Of a stretch of DNA of 64,000 nt, positions 23,591 through 38,029 are shown piece after piece. Both the position numbers and the translations under genes were made by a program. Each line of letters begins with the position of its first letter. Positions within the stretch are counted from its first letter, which is position 1. This DNA is from Chiloscyllium plagiosum (Eukaryota), in contig NC_057719.1 of the NCBI RefSeq assembly GCF_004010195.1, positions 24,467,465 to 24,531,464 of the forward strand. Reading direction: 5' to 3'. The notes under the pieces are model-generated. The model was not told the origin of the DNA, did not search any database, and saw only the letters and a list, made by a program, of their open reading frames with translations.

Positions 23591-24376
23591 AATGGTACAT
23601 TTTCATGCATAAATATAGCATCATTAAAGTAATTCATAGATAAGAGATAAAATTCTTCACAAAGTTCCGCAAATGTCAAAAAAAGACTGATGTATAGGAA
23701 TGTGTTACGGGAGGTCCATGATGATATTATCTTTTGGCATTTTTCTCAACGTTCTTCAGAATCCTCAAATCCTCATGGATTTAGCAGGAATTATTAATCA
23801 ACAAATACCTTTCAAAAGATTATATTTACTTTCAGCTGTGAGGTCAGAAAAGAACACAATAAATTTCAACATTGACTTGCGTAGATGCACCAACTAAATT
23901 ATGAGTCCATATCTTTCAGTAGAAAATTACTCAAATGCCAAAGCAAACACATTATAAGATTAACAATTAGATGCTAAAATGGGGAAACACATAAAAAATA
24001 AATTCAGTCTGATCCACGGACAAAGCTAGATTAGATAGGTTAATTTACTTGCTCAACCTGCCATCGAAAAATAATAATGATAATTCCAAAACTAAGTTCA
24101 ATTTATTCACAATTGACAGCAACTAGGCACTACAAACACATTAATATGTTTGTTCAGAGCAGTGAACAGATTATATTTGCAGCTTTAAGAAGCTGATTAC
24201 ATTCCATTATACTGGAAGATATTCTAACAGCCATAGATAGTATTCAAATAGTACTCCTGTAACACATTCCTATACATCAGTCTTTTTTTGATGTTTGTTG
24301 AATGTTGTGAAGAATTCAATCTCTTATCCATGAATTACTTTAATGATGTTATATTTATGCATGAAAATGTACCATT
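23591..24376. repeat. 123-bp inverted repeat pair (23591-23713 and 24254-24376)
   Basis: Ungapped reverse-complement match, 11 mismatches by manual count, 540-bp spacer. Confidence 0.92.
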
Positions 24377-27300
24377 CAATACTATCTTATGGATTCTTTG
24401 CATACAGTTTGCTTCTTCTAGTAGCTATTAAAATAAAGTCACAATCACTCAGAAACTAATTGTATTGAGACAATAGTTAGAAAGAATAGATTTTTAAAAA
24501 AAATTAACACCAAAATTCACAACATAAAATATCAATAAGTTCAATTTTTTTTAAACTTTGGCAATGCTGGAATTTATTTCCTACACCTTTCTGTAGCACA
24601 AACCAGCTATCCAGTCAACTCAGCTAACTGGTCTCGATAAGCTCCCAAGATGCTAAATGGAATAGATTTTGAGCAGATCTAGCAACACTTCAAGTCAATA
24701 TTGAGCATTCATGAAATGTGTGGGCCATCAGCAGCAGTGGAATTGTAATATGTATGTTGTAATGATCTGTAATAAAGACTGGAAGCATGTGTAAGGTAGC
24801 AGAGTGAGTTTTACACTTCATGGTGTTAAGTCTAGTTTTCCCTGTATTTGCACGATGTAAATGATCATTACCTGTATCACAATGTCCTCAATTAACTTAT
24901 AAAATTGTACAATAACACAAATGATTAAAAAGAAAATGTAGCTGCAGTTTGCAAATGCATGCTTCTTGTATTTGTCCACCCTGGGCCTCCATGTCTCCTT
25001 TTAGCACATTGGACTAATCCTCCAACTCTCCTCCCAGCCCCTGACATTAGACTTTAAAGATGCACCCTGGTCCTCTATCCTCTTTCTGAGGAAGTAATAG
25101 TGCTGATCACCATCAAGAACTCCCTCCTATGCCCCACATGCCCTCAATGCTGCTCTGCGTTCCCTCTTTATACTTTGTATTTTTTACTACTCCATCCCTA
25201 TTTTTTCCTAGACTTGATTTCCCACCTTACGTTTGGGAATGAGCCCTACTTTGTCCCTTGCACTCTTCTGAATCATCAATGTACAGACCTCATTTGAACC
25301 TTTTGGTGCAGGCTTCTGATTGGCTTTAACATGCAGGTCCTAGACATGAATGAGCAGACTGCCGACCCCTGTCTTTGCAATTCCTCCGTTGATGATACTC
25401 AATTCCTCTGACTGCTTGTGAAGACCTGACAGGATTGAACACTGCCCAGTCCCCATAGTGTAGTCAACATACCTCCTGCCTGTGTCCAGCCTGAGCAGAC
25501 AACGGACCATGGCCAAACCCCTGGATTGTATACGGATTGTGACTGTGACTGATGGCACTAGGAGCCTCCTGACTGACAGCAGCATCCTTCCTTTGACTGG
25601 ACTGAGTACTAGCCCCTATTCACTTTCTCATAGCGCCCTTTCATTGAATAAATGTAAAGTTTACTCGCTGGGCAGGCTGCTAGTGAATGCTATAGGTGTT
25701 AATTGATATTTTAGTGTATTGTGGAGCAGGCATTTCCCCACTTAAACAAATCTCTACTGCAAAGTATGGCAAAAAGTGTGTGAGTCTGTGCAAAAGCATG
25801 TATCAATACAACAGCACTAATAGTTTTTATGCTCTGCCTAAGTGCCAATGCACCAACACATATGGCAAGGCAAGGATGTTGTGAGCATGCAGGTAGCTAC
25901 TAAGTGAGCAGATGCTAAGAGAGCAGTCTGGACAATCCGTGACCAATGTGCCAGTCCCTGTGCACAAAGTGTCCTTGCAGCAACCTCTCAAGATATTTTC
26001 CTAATCAATCTATCCAAAGATGCTATTACACACAACTGAAGCAGGTTGGACTTGAACTTGGGCCTCCTGACTCAGAGCTATGGACATTGCCAATGCACCT
26101 TAAGAGACCCAGCAGCCTTTCAATGCTAGTTGCCCGAATGCAATACAAGCCCGTGCTTCCTAAATGTCCTGCAAGTTGATCAGAGAGATACCATGTGGAT
26201 CATGAGGGGTTGGCAAATATCTGACACCAATTTCTGTGGACAGAAGATGCATGTGGCTTGTGCCCATGGATTGTACCATGAGATGCTGTTTGGCATTGAG
26301 TGCCATGAAGGCACTTTGCATCCAGTGGAGAGCTGACATTGCCAGATACCTGTTCTGGCTTCCACGTCTCAGCATTTAGTTTGCTCACTGCAGGTGGTAG
26401 GATAGGAAACTGCATATCATTGTTTAGATATGCAATTAATAAGCAATACTCCCACTTAATGGGAATCTCATCATGACCTAGTGAGAATCTTGCTTCGATG
26501 CCTGGAGCTTCGTTAAAAGATGCAGTGAATTGTCCCTCTGTTGAGATTGGCCTCTCTAGGCTTTTCATATGATTCTGTCACATTTCTTGCTATAGCTCAC
26601 AACATTCAGGCCCCTAAAGGATTCCAGCCATAGCTACCACATGTCTATTGTATGGGTAAGGATTGTAAGGTTTCCTTGAGAGAAAAAAAAAGAGTAATTT
26701 TATTTACCGCTAACTCTGAGAAAAATAACTGTGCAATATTAAATATCCATAAATTTTCAAAGTTAAAGTTCCTGCACAAAAGAAAGATAAAACAAAATGG
26801 ACAGTTTAAAGTCTTCTGGATGTCCTTTGAGGTGTAAAGAGTTCAATCTGAAACCATAGTTGTTTAATTGATATCTTACATCCTTCGAAGTACCAAATAT
26901 AGCAGATATCTTTAAATTCTTAGTGTCTGGATGTTTCTGTCCAGTTAATGTCATCATTGGATGCTTTGTTTGTAGAAGGGCTAAGAAAGGGAGCTTTCTC
27001 CAATTGATTCCGATCACAAATCCAAGTCTTTTCCCCTGTCAACGCAGCTCTTTGATATGTGGCTGATTTGTATATTCCAATGTCAGAACGTTTTGGTAGG
27101 TCTTTTATCTCCAATATGTGCAACTTATCATACAGGTGTAAATGAAATAAGAAATGATGGTTTGCCCGCACCTGACTTGGTATTCAGAATCTTTTGGTAG
27201 AAATGTTAATTTTACTTCAGTTAATTTTACTTATTGCATATTGGTTTTCTAACCCTTGGCTAACCTATGTGGTCAGCGAATTGCTGTGATCATTTTTAAG

Positions 27301-27999
27301 CTGGTGTCATTTTCCTTTTTAAAACCATTTTAACACAATTAGGCCCCAGGTATTAAAATCAGATGATGGAATCTGAAAATCAATCATCCATTTCTCATTA
27401 CTACTGTGACAACTTGGAAATTTGTCTTCACGATTTATTATCAATTTTCAGCTAAGAGTACGAATGAAAAAAAATCATTGCTAAATGAATTTAGATCCTA
27501 TAAATTATAGACTACTATTAAATGAAAAATAGACGATAAACAGCAGAGCTTGTCAGGACAGAGAATTGGAATATGCACGATGGTTATCTCACATAACAGT
27601 GGGACATTAATTAATAAAATTGTTCATGAAATATCTCCTGGTGTGGCAATAAATAAAAGCTGTACTTAGTTAGGATTATGTCTATCCCTGAATGCTGCTC
27701 ATTGCCACAAACCACTTCATAATTTATGACACCGTTTAATTTGTTGTCATTTATTTTCTTTGTTGTATTATTAAATGGTGCACTGCTTTCAAACTAACTC
27801 ATAATAATACAGTGCAGAATGGAAGTCTATCAGCAATTGTCCCGTTCACTGTGAAGATTTTGTTCCTCTGAATGATATTTGTTCATGATTGCTACATGGT
27901 TAAAATGAGAAAATCTTCAGAAAGGTTACATTGGGTATAAATGTCTCCCTGTCAGATTTTAATGCTTTAATGCTTTAATGTTTTTGTTTGAGATTTTTA

Positions 28000-28620
28000 A
28001 AATGAAGTGTCCTCTCTATTAACACAATATTGATGATGAAATCACTTATCACCTAGTAAAAGCAAGCTCAGCGTTTGACCAATTCATCCACAGGCTTTGG
28101 AGAGAGCATGGAGATTTTCTCATACGGATCTTCTCACATCATTGCTCAATAATTGTGAGGCATAGACAATGTAATGGTGCCACATAAAGCACCTGGATAC
28201 ATTCTTGCTTAAGATACATTACACAACTGGCAGGATAAAATCCCTAATACTCAAGTTTTTGCAAAGTGCTGAGGATTCGCTCATCAGAGCTTAGCTTGGC
28301 TGGATTGACCGTATGGTTTGCAGAAGTATTTCCCATTCCCAGAGACAATACTGCCCAGTCGGCTGAGCACAGGAGCCCATACCATAGGATGTCCCAAACT
28401 CAGAGATACAGGATTCCAAAAGATGATCAGAACCTGTTAGTTGGACATAATTACATGGAAAACACAACATTAAAAAGATCCAAATGGATCAACACTCTCC
28501 AACATTTGAGGAAAATGGAGGTTCCTCCAGGACAAATGAGCATGTCACAAAGCCAGTGTCTTCACTATCTCCCCAACAGTGACTCCATTTGTAATATTTG
28601 TAATCAAAGCAAAAACTCCA
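28000..28620 (+). mobile_element. Decayed RTE/BovB-like LINE, post-RT region
   Basis: Translation NIDDEITYHLVKASSAFDQFIHRLWREHG matches the RTE motif IDxEIxxRIxKASxAFGxL. Confidence 0.65.
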
Positions 28621-29969
28621 GAACAATCTAGATGGTGAATAATTAGTCTATTTGCTGAACACCGATCTATTAAAGCAATAAGTGAATCCATAATATGTGT
28701 TTGTTGACAATAAATATTTAATGTTCTTGTTTAGAGTAAAACTAAGTGTTAGGCCCACTTAATATATGGGAAATAACATTATGTAGAAATTTACTAATGT
28801 TTGATTTTATGTTTTTAAAAATTCATTTTTGAGAAATGTGCATCTCAGGTGAAGCTGACTTTACTTGGTCATCCCTAGTTGCAATTGAACCATTGCAGTC
28901 TGTGTAGCAATGGTGTTCTCACATTTAACACACTTATAGTGAAGAAAACTCCAGTATTATTCTATGGAGGCATATTATTTTATTTTAGTCTCTTACAAAA
29001 TTGGATTTTCAAAGCAATAATTCTCTGTGCTAAGGAGTTATGAATCTCCTTTGAGAAAACCACATTGTTAAATGTGAAAGGTTCAATAATTGCTTCATAT
29101 TAAAAATAACATTTAATTTTAAATGCATTACATTTTCGTAAGGGCAGCACAGATTTAACAACCTAGTGGCTGATTAGGCTTAGGCACCAATAAACATGAA
29201 GTACTGGTCACTGTATTTATGTTATAGTACTTCTGTAAGCTTAAAGCAATGACAAGGATAGACATAATAAGACTCAGTGTACAGTACTGGATTGCATTAT
29301 GAAAATATGGCAAGTTGTCTAGTGTAAACAGCCATAGTGCAAAGTATAATGACTGTTACATCTGCCATAAAATTAATTTGTCTTATGTAGTTATAATGGT
29401 TGTTCAATTCAGGCAACCATGCAGGAGAATTGCATTATTTAAGTATTCTATAAATAACCATGGAATAGGGCTTCGGAGTTGGGCAAAAGGTTAATACCTC
29501 CCAGCTGAATCTACAGCTGGTTATAAGCAGTCTTACCAATCCCTGCATTGTAAATGAAAAGCTGTGAGATTGATTTTTAGATAATAGATGCTCTAACTGT
29601 CCTCCATTGCCCTTCACCAGTGGCTGATTTAAAGTGAATTATCCTAATCTGTGTTAATTGATGTTGACGCATCCATTAGCAAGCATCAACCCTGAGATTC
29701 ATAATTATCCACTTTCCGCCACCACACCCCAGTATATCTCATCCTTCATCTCTGGACAAATATCGACATGATTGTGGCATGCAGCCCAGTGCAAAACACA
29801 CTGCTGACTGGCAGCACAGTCAACTTGAGGCACAGCAATGTGTGTATGGGTAGCCTAAAGTTCTTAAAGACAGTCTGCTCTTTAAAGGGGAAGCTGCATT
29901 TGGGTGACAGCTGTTGGTGATACACTGTCAGACTGGAGGCTTTGGTGGTAAGAAGATTTCCCACAGTAA

Positions 29970-30180
29970 CTGACCAAAGAAGGGGCTGCCAAACTCTTTG
30001 AATTCACACTGGATGCTTTCATCCAGGAGATTGAAAGGAAGTAGAGAGGGTATCAGGAGTACCACCAAGGCATTCCCTGCAAAGGGAATGGGTTATGCAA
30101 GTGAATACACAGCTCTTGTTCCTGAGGATTTGGCTACTGTGTTGGGAATAGTTCACCGACTTCACATGAAGGTCAACAAT
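29970..30180 (+). pseudogene. Degenerate Myb/SANT-like DNA-binding ORF relic (Harbinger partner)
   Basis: AAKLFEFTLDAFIQEIERK...LRIWLLCWE*FTD loosely resembles the RxPxFSxxELExLVxEV...RTxxQCxKKFxD pattern. Confidence 0.35.
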
Positions 30181-32949
30181 TGCATTGTCAATGTCATTGC
30201 CACCACCACCTCTCACACTGCTCAATGAGTTGTTTGGCAGAGATGATGGTCAGAATGACTTTATATTCCTGCCTTATGCACTCCTCAAATCCCAACTCAT
30301 CCTGCTGTCTCAATGCAGCCTCAGCATGAAGATGCTGAAAGAGTAACATCAGTTGATGAAGAAGTACCGTCACTTTCTCTACATTTCCAGCTCATTGTGG
30401 CATGGTGTCGATTTTAGTGGGCAGCTTTAACTTTGTGTCAGCACATGGTGACTCACCAAGCAGGAGTTGCTGCAGCCAGCCAAAGGAAAAGTGATGTTGT
30501 AGTTGAGTTCTGATTTGCAGGGGCCCCGAGCTGAGATCTTGAGTGGGATGGCATTCAGGAAGAAGTGTATACACAAGGGGGCTTGGTGATTTATTAAGTC
30601 AGCTATGGACCTCACCATCATTGTCAAGGTGCATGGAGGAATATTGTTCCACTTTAAATAAGGCATTGTACATATCCTGGAACACATAATTTCCAAGAAA
30701 ATAATTGCAGGCATGGGCTGTGATAGAGGATCTGGTGGTCCCTGCTCCAGCTTCCAAAGCAGCACAGGCCAAACCCACCCAACCTCTTACTGCTGCCAGA
30801 AAATGAGGGTTCTGAGATTTTTGTTAGCCTGCACTATATCAGTGCGTACAATGAACAGGCAAGCTCTCACAGCAGTCCACCAGGCTATGCTTCAGCAGCT
30901 AGTGAGGATTGTTAGAAGTACAAAACAGAGAAGGGATTGTCATGTTTGATGTGTCTGAGTAGTGTGTCACACATATTTATCCAGGACAATGGGATCCTAG
31001 CGTCTACCTTCCTTCCTCCTTCTCCTACTTAGGTATCCTTCAAAGCCCCAGTGGAACAGGCTGCGGCCCCATAATAGCAAGGCTGTGGAAGATGCAGCAG
31101 ATCACAGCAAGCTTGGAGACACAGTCCCATGATTACTGGTGGCCTACTCCTGAGAGTCCCAAGCAGTAAAATGCTGATACTCTATATATTGGTGTTCCCA
31201 GTCCAACATAGTTTTGATTGGAGGTGCATTGTCCACTTATAGGTTGGGTGGTGAAGGGGAGTCACTAGTATCGCAGTAGTCCTTGTCATCATGCAACCAG
31301 CTTGCAGATCTGTGTGTGTCACTCATGCATGAAAAATAGAGGTCATTAACAGCACCTGCATGGTCTGAAGAGGTGATTTCTGGGCCATATGCCTATCAGA
31401 TGCTGTTTAACATTACAGTCTGCACACACTGCATGCTTTCGGCACAAGCACAGCTTGCACTGGCACCTTACAGTCACTGTTGGTTGTGCTATTAGTGGCA
31501 GAAGCAGTCGAGCTGGCATTTCTAATGGTTTAGGCTTCTGAAAACTGGCTCCAGTCTGCAGCCAACTTCTGCAGCCTGTAACTGTTGTTTTTAATCAGGT
31601 AACATGAACCAATTCAACATTATCTTGGCAGGCATCATTTTATTCATTTTCCCTCTTCTCCTGGAGTAATTGACTCTTTCTTAAACACAGGCCCACAAGT
31701 GCCAGCTGTGGTGGAGAATCACTATGTGTAGCCTGGTGCAATGTCTGTGAACAAGCTCTTTGAACAAGGGTGATATCACACTGAGCTACAACACCCACAT
31801 GGGCATGTCCCAAAAGGATTCATTAGATAGTATTTAGGAGCGGGAACCCTGATAGTTAATCCAGGCATCCAGAGACCAAATACAGCATTACAACAGCGGA
31901 AAACAGAATCAGGATGAGATCAGTGAACTCTGTCCTTACTGTGCTCTTGACAGGTTTAATATGTTGATCTTTGGCAATTGATTCAAACAGTAGAATTCTT
32001 TATTCATCATGTCACAGCCTTTTAAAATTTGAAGAAATCTCTATTAAATCTCTGCTGAGCCTTTTCTGCTGCGATGACAATGTTGCAGTATCACAAGTCT
32101 ATTTTCTGTCATTGAGATACATTATTCATTATACAAGTGCCTAGAATGTCCTGTACGCATTTACATTTCTCCTGAAGGCAAAGCCGTAGTGGATGCATGT
32201 CTTCACCCAAGCAATAAATGTAACATGAGGAGAAATATATCGGGCAGTTTTATTGAGTTGAGTCGTGCAATGTTTTGGCAAAGTTTCATTTTCGTTGAGT
32301 TTTATGGAGGGTTTCTTTCTGTAAGGCCTAGCTAGTTTTCTCACACTATAGTAAAAAAAATTGCCTCATTAACTACCTAGCATGCCCCTATGACAACTCC
32401 TCTTCCAATGCTATCCAAATTCTCCCACTCACCACAGGCAGGGGTTCCTGACACTGATGTCACCTTCGAATGCCAACTAGAGTAGGGTGCATCTAGACAA
32501 GTTGGCAATCAAAAACTGCCCTTCACCATTATGTGTGACATAACAACCATAAACCTATTGTTTCTCAGGACACGGAGGTAGCACGGCTGACACTTACTTG
32601 CACATGGTACTGCACATTCCTACATTTATGGCTGTTTAAGTGCCAGGTCAAACAATGCTCTGTTCCTTTATCACATCCCATTTTACAAGGCTCTGTAAGT
32701 CAATGTTACACTTTTCAGAATGACCATCTTACCAGTGATGAATATGCGGCCATCTCCCTCACCAAAAGTGAACAGAAATCATACAAACAGAAGTTGCCTT
32801 TGCCTCTTGGAACACAAAACAGCTGCTTACATGTTGACCACCAACAATTTTGCCATCAACGGTTGATCACTGTATCTAGGTCACATCTACTAAAACTGTC
32901 TTGACTGACTTGTAGTGCCTGACATTGCTTTGTTACCTCATGCACAAGG

Positions 32950-34120
32950 TGCTGTTCCTCTTGCTCAATATCTTCATTGTCTTCCTCAGAAACCTGCATC
33001 CAGTGTCTAAGTTCATCAGCATTTATCACATCTCACTGTTGTCAGCTCCTATTGTCCAGAGTCCAGCATGCTAGGATTATGCTACACAATCTGTCCAGAG
33101 TGTACTGCATGGCACTATGAGGCAGTATCAGACTTGTCCAAGCAGTGGAACCTCACCATCAACTGGTCAATTGTCTGCTCCGCTTTGGCCCTTGTTGAAG
33201 AATGGGTTGCATTGTATCCACAATTTGCCTTAGTCAGGGGATTGTATAATGGAGTCATCAGCCATGATTGCATTGGGTAGCCCTTGTCTTTCAGTAGCCA
33301 TCCTTGAAAGGCATCTGGATCCTCAAACACAGCAGGAGTACAGGTCATTGAGTGAAAATGCGTGTTTTCTTAATGCAAATTCGCTATAACACAATTGACG
33401 AATTGGGGACACTGTATCTAAAGCGCAACCTTTTAAAGTTAACACACGGTTATCACACAATTCTGGTCCAATTAGTTTAAGTGGTGCTGCTATTACACAA
33501 TTTTCTTTCAACACGGGATGGCATGAAAATGGAACTACCACCTTATAGCAGAACTGACTGTGTGAGAATCCTCAAGGATGAAGGAATCCTGGCAGCTTCC
33601 AGAGTAGGGTGCGCAGACCTTTACAAAACGGTACCGTGATCACAGATTACTTGTATGATGGTGAAATAGAACTCTTCCTACTGACAAACTCCTTTCCAAT
33701 ACAATACAGCCCTCACAAGACAATGTGTGTGTAGTCATTGGCCCCTGCACCTTGGGAAAGCTAACTATGTTACTGTATCTTAGTGGTGGGCTGTAGCACT
33801 GACGTCATCACGGGGAAGCCAGATGTAGTGGTATGATCTGGCATAAATGCCATCATTCAATCTTGATGTATTTGAGGATGGACAAGTGAGAAATCCCACA
33901 AATGCTCCCCAGTAGCTCCTTGAAATGAACGAATCGCACAAACATTCAACATCGCTGTTACCTTGATGGTCACTGGGGGCAAGATGGTCACCTACCCTCC
34001 TGAATCACAGTTTCTGCTCCAGCAGCTGTCACAGTTCTGTGACATTCTCAGTCTACACGGACACTGCTCCTCATCTGTCCAGAGGAAATGGCATTGAGAA
34101 CAAAATTTCCTGTGCCTCCT
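32950..34120 (-). pseudogene. PIF/Harbinger (HARBI1-like) DDE transposase relic
   Basis: Fragments PVTIKVTAMLN...SFQGATG, FPKVQG..DYTHI, IQVICDH, GWLLKDKGYPMQSWLMTPLYNP...YNATHSSTRAKAEQTI..L..RFHCLD; stops and frameshifts. Confidence 0.85.
33343..33561. mobile_element. Tigger-like MITE fragment inserted in the Harbinger transposase
   Basis: End TTATAGCAGAACTGACTG matches the end of the 37197-37381 element; it interrupts transposase homology. Confidence 0.6.
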
Positions 34121-35774
34121 ATGTTTCCTGTGCATCTTGAGGAAGCCTTCAGCTGCAACTGCTTCATTCAGAGGTTGTTCAGATTCACCTGCAGGTTTCT
34201 GCTAATCCTGGGACATTTGTTCCTCCTCCAATTCCTGCATCTTTGTTGCAAAACAGCAACTGTGACAATAATGCCAGCTGAGGTTGGATCTATCAGGCAC
34301 AATTGTGAGGAGCAGAGTCAATACAGGTTCTTAGCAATGACAGCAATCAGCATCCACATTCTTTACAATGAAGACTTAACATACTTCCTCATGCAGTGAC
34401 ATGGAGTTATCTGGCAAGGAGGGACACGTATTCATCTTGCCACTTTGACATTGCACCTAATTCATTCACCAAACTCTAAGTGCTGCATGAGAACTGATCC
34501 CTTCTCCTCCCAGCTCCACATCACCCACAAGATGCATTATTGCATATCAGAGAATTTTGCATTTTACTTGTAGTTCAGGTGGAGAGGGAACCAGTGCTGT
34601 GCCCCTGTGTACACAATGAGGGTTTGCATTATCATTGTGGCCCCCAGCTACCTCCTTTAAGGTTGTCTGTGAACTTCTCTTCACTGAAATTTCTGATTTC
34701 AATTTGCAATGACAAACACAGTTACTACCACTGTTGTTTTGACAGAGGAGTGTATATGATGATGGTAGACATGGCCAGACTGTAGCGACAGGTCTCAGGA
34801 GATAAACATGAAAGTTGGCTTCTTTATTCAAGTGTTGGGTGAGAACTCAGTGAGGATTCAGTTGAGGGGGGCTGTCCATTAAGTGCTAGGTAGGTGGGGG
34901 CATGGGAGTTTGGTGAAGGGAAGATGACGAGGCTGAGCCTCATTCTCATACATTGCATGCAGTTTACATGAATGGTGATATGATTGAAAATGATTTAAAC
35001 TCGCACCCTGCAGATGCCTGATTGACACAACTGCCCCTTGAAGACCTCCCATCATGAAGAGCTGAAGCCTGTCTTTTTTGCCATAGTTGGCTTTGCCCAG
35101 TCCGGGCATGATCACAGCCATTTTCCATTCAAGTTTGCAATTAGCAATCGGCAGATTATAGAAGACAGGTCACACTGGATGCTGAGTACTAGTAGGTAAC
35201 CACCTATCACCCTATCTCCCATAGCACACTATATCCTCTCATGTACTGCCAGCTCCCCAGCTCTTTACAATGAATTCACTGCTCACCATCCTTGTGCCAT
35301 CATCATCCCAGCTTGCAGCTTACAATCCCTAGCACTGAACCTATCCAGCTCCCTACCTCAACAGTGGTTTCTAATGTCTGTCTATGCCACATTCTGCTCA
35401 TCTTCAGGGCTGACCATGGCCAATCTTCTGACCGCCTTGGATGACAGTCTGATGATGACTGACCAAACCGTCACCACTTTCCATAAAGCTTTCTAAACGG
35501 TGGTCTGTAAATCTCTTGATTGTTGGCACTGGACCAGCAGGACTAATCGTGACCCACTCCCTAGACAGTAGTGAGACAGATGTTAAGCCTGGATGACTGA
35601 TTGTGCCCAAGTCCCTGGACTGAGATCAGAAGTTGCCCTTGCCTGACTGTACTAGGACACCCTCACTGACAGCAGCATTCCTTGCCTGGATTAGGCTGCT
35701 CCCCTTCTACTGTGAGATGTGGCCATTTGATTGAAGCATGTGCAGTCTGTTTGCAGTGCATTCTAAGCACTTAC

Positions 35775-37630
35775 CAATCAAAAACATGCCTCTCAGATCT
35801 CCTTTAAACTTTCTCCCTTTTACCTTAAACCTATTTCCCCTTGTTCTTGACATTCGACGCTGGGAAAGAGATTCCGACTATTCATTCTATCCATGACTCT
35901 CATAATTTTGTAAATTTTTATCATCCTTCTTAGTTCAAGTGAAAACAAACCAAATTCGTCCAATCTCTCCTCATAGATAATATCCTCCAAATGAGGCAAC
36001 ATCTTGGTAAACTATTTCTGTACTGTCTACAAAGTCTCTCCATCCTTCTAATAGTTTGGTGACCAGAATAGTATACAATATTGCAAATGTGGCCTCACCA
36101 AAGTTCTATACAGCTACAATATGACTTGCCAATTTTTCTACTGTACATCCCAACCGATGAAGGCAAACATGCCATATTCCTTCTTGACCGCCTTTAACCA
36201 CTTGTGTTGCCACATTCAGGGAACTGTCAACCAATATTCCTAGATCCCTCATATGCTGATACTGTAAATGTTCTGCCTTTCACTGTATATTTCCCTACTG
36301 CATGAGATCTTCCAAAATACACCAACTCACATTTGAGTGGATTAAACTCCATCTGCCATTTCTCCACTCAAGTCTCTGGCCTATCTATATCCTCTGGCAA
36401 TCCTCCTCACTCTCCACAGCTCCCCATTTTTTGTGTTGTCCACAAATTTACTAATCAAGCCATCCACATTCTCCTCCAAATCAATTATATGTATTACAAA
36501 TAACAGGGGTCCCAGTACTGATCCCTGTGGAACACCGATGGTCACACATCTCTAGTCAGAAAAATACCCTACCACCACTACTTTCTGTCGTCTGTGAATA
36601 AGCCAGTTCTGATTTTACCAGGTTATCACAGATTCGATGTGACTTCACCTTTTATATCAGCCTACCATGAAGGACCTTGTCAAATACCTTGCTAAAGCCC
36701 ATGTAGTCAACATCTACCACCTTGCCCTCAATAATCATCTTTGTAACTTCCTCAAAAAAACTCAATCAATTTTGTGAGACACAATTTCCTGCACAAAGCC
36801 ACGCTGCTTATGGTTAATAAGTCCATATTTTTCCAAATGTGTGTAAGCCCTACCCCTAAGAATCTTCTCCAATAATTTCCCTACTGGCTCACTGGCCAGT
36901 AATTTCCTAGATTATCCCTGTTGCCTTTCTTAAACAAAGGAACAATGTTGGCCATTCTCCAATCCTCTGGGACCTCTCCTGTGACTAAAGAGGATATAAA
37001 GACTTCATACAATGTTGCAGCAATTTCCTCTCCTCTCTCCCTCAGCATTCTGGATTGATCACATCAGGTCCCACTACTTGTCTATTTTAATGTTTTTAAA
37101 ACACCCAACATTTCCTGCTTTTTATATTGGTATGCCCCAGAATATCAATATATTCCTCCCGAGACTCACAATCCACCATGTCCTTCTCCTTTATGTGTTG
37201 GTTCTGCTACAACACATGTTTCTTCAACATGAATTGGCTTTAACGTAAATTGTAGAATGCGGATTTTCCTTACCTGTATTGGCTGTAACGTGATTCCAAC
37301 TCCATTAGTTTAGATGGCACTAACTATAACAGGAGATTGCACTAGAACAGAAATATCGCATTATATCAGAACCGACTGTACAAAGTATATGTTAAAGCAC
37401 TTCCCCTGACTCCACACATTAATTCCGTACTTTGTTCTTGAGTGGATCTACTGTTCCCTAGCTGCCTTCTTGCTCCTTTTATGTGAATAAAACATCTTAG
37501 GACTTTCCTTAATTCAGTTTGCCAAGGATATTTCAGCCCTCCTAATTTCTTGCTTGAATTCTTTCCTGCTTTGTTTGTATCCTTTGAGGGCTCTGTCTGT
37601 CTTCCTGAGTAGCCAAGCCTATGTCACTTT
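35775..37630 (-). mobile_element. CR1 LINE ORF2 fragment (older)
   Basis: RT-region motifs on the minus strand (AFDKV-like, GVPQGSVLGP-like at ~36500-36540) and YEERLDEFGLFSLE. Confidence 0.85.
37197..37381. mobile_element. Tigger-like MITE nested in CR1
   Basis: GGTTCTGCTACAAC ... ATTATATCAGAACCGACTG-TA inverted ends. Confidence 0.6.
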
Positions 37631-38029
37631 TGAAGTTGTGACATCACCCAGGAGCTTTGCTCCTAAATTCAACTTCATGTTTGCTTTGATTGATCCTGCT
37701 CCTGATATGTTTGTCCTGCTGCCACTGTTCACCCCCAGGTTCAGTCTTCTTTGCTCTGTCACTGCTCAGACTGACCTCCGTCTAGACCTTGCTCTTCGGG
37801 TATTGAAAGGTTAGCCCAGCGTGAGATCAATAGCCAACTGTTTAAACTCTATGCATAGTTTCCCTTCACTCTTTGCAGCAATGCTCAGTCAGCTGTTTGA
37901 TGGCAGTGAAATTTTGACAAATATCTGAGCTTTGCTTCATTCATTGTAAAAAGCACAGCCATCTGTTTGGCTATTTGAAAGGTGCAATAGATGGAGGAGT
38001 TTATCGACGCTTGCAAATATACAATGCAA

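Noticed and set aside
32950..34120. Domesticated HARBI1 host gene
   Set aside because: Multiple stops, frameshifts and a MITE insertion show a dead transposon copy
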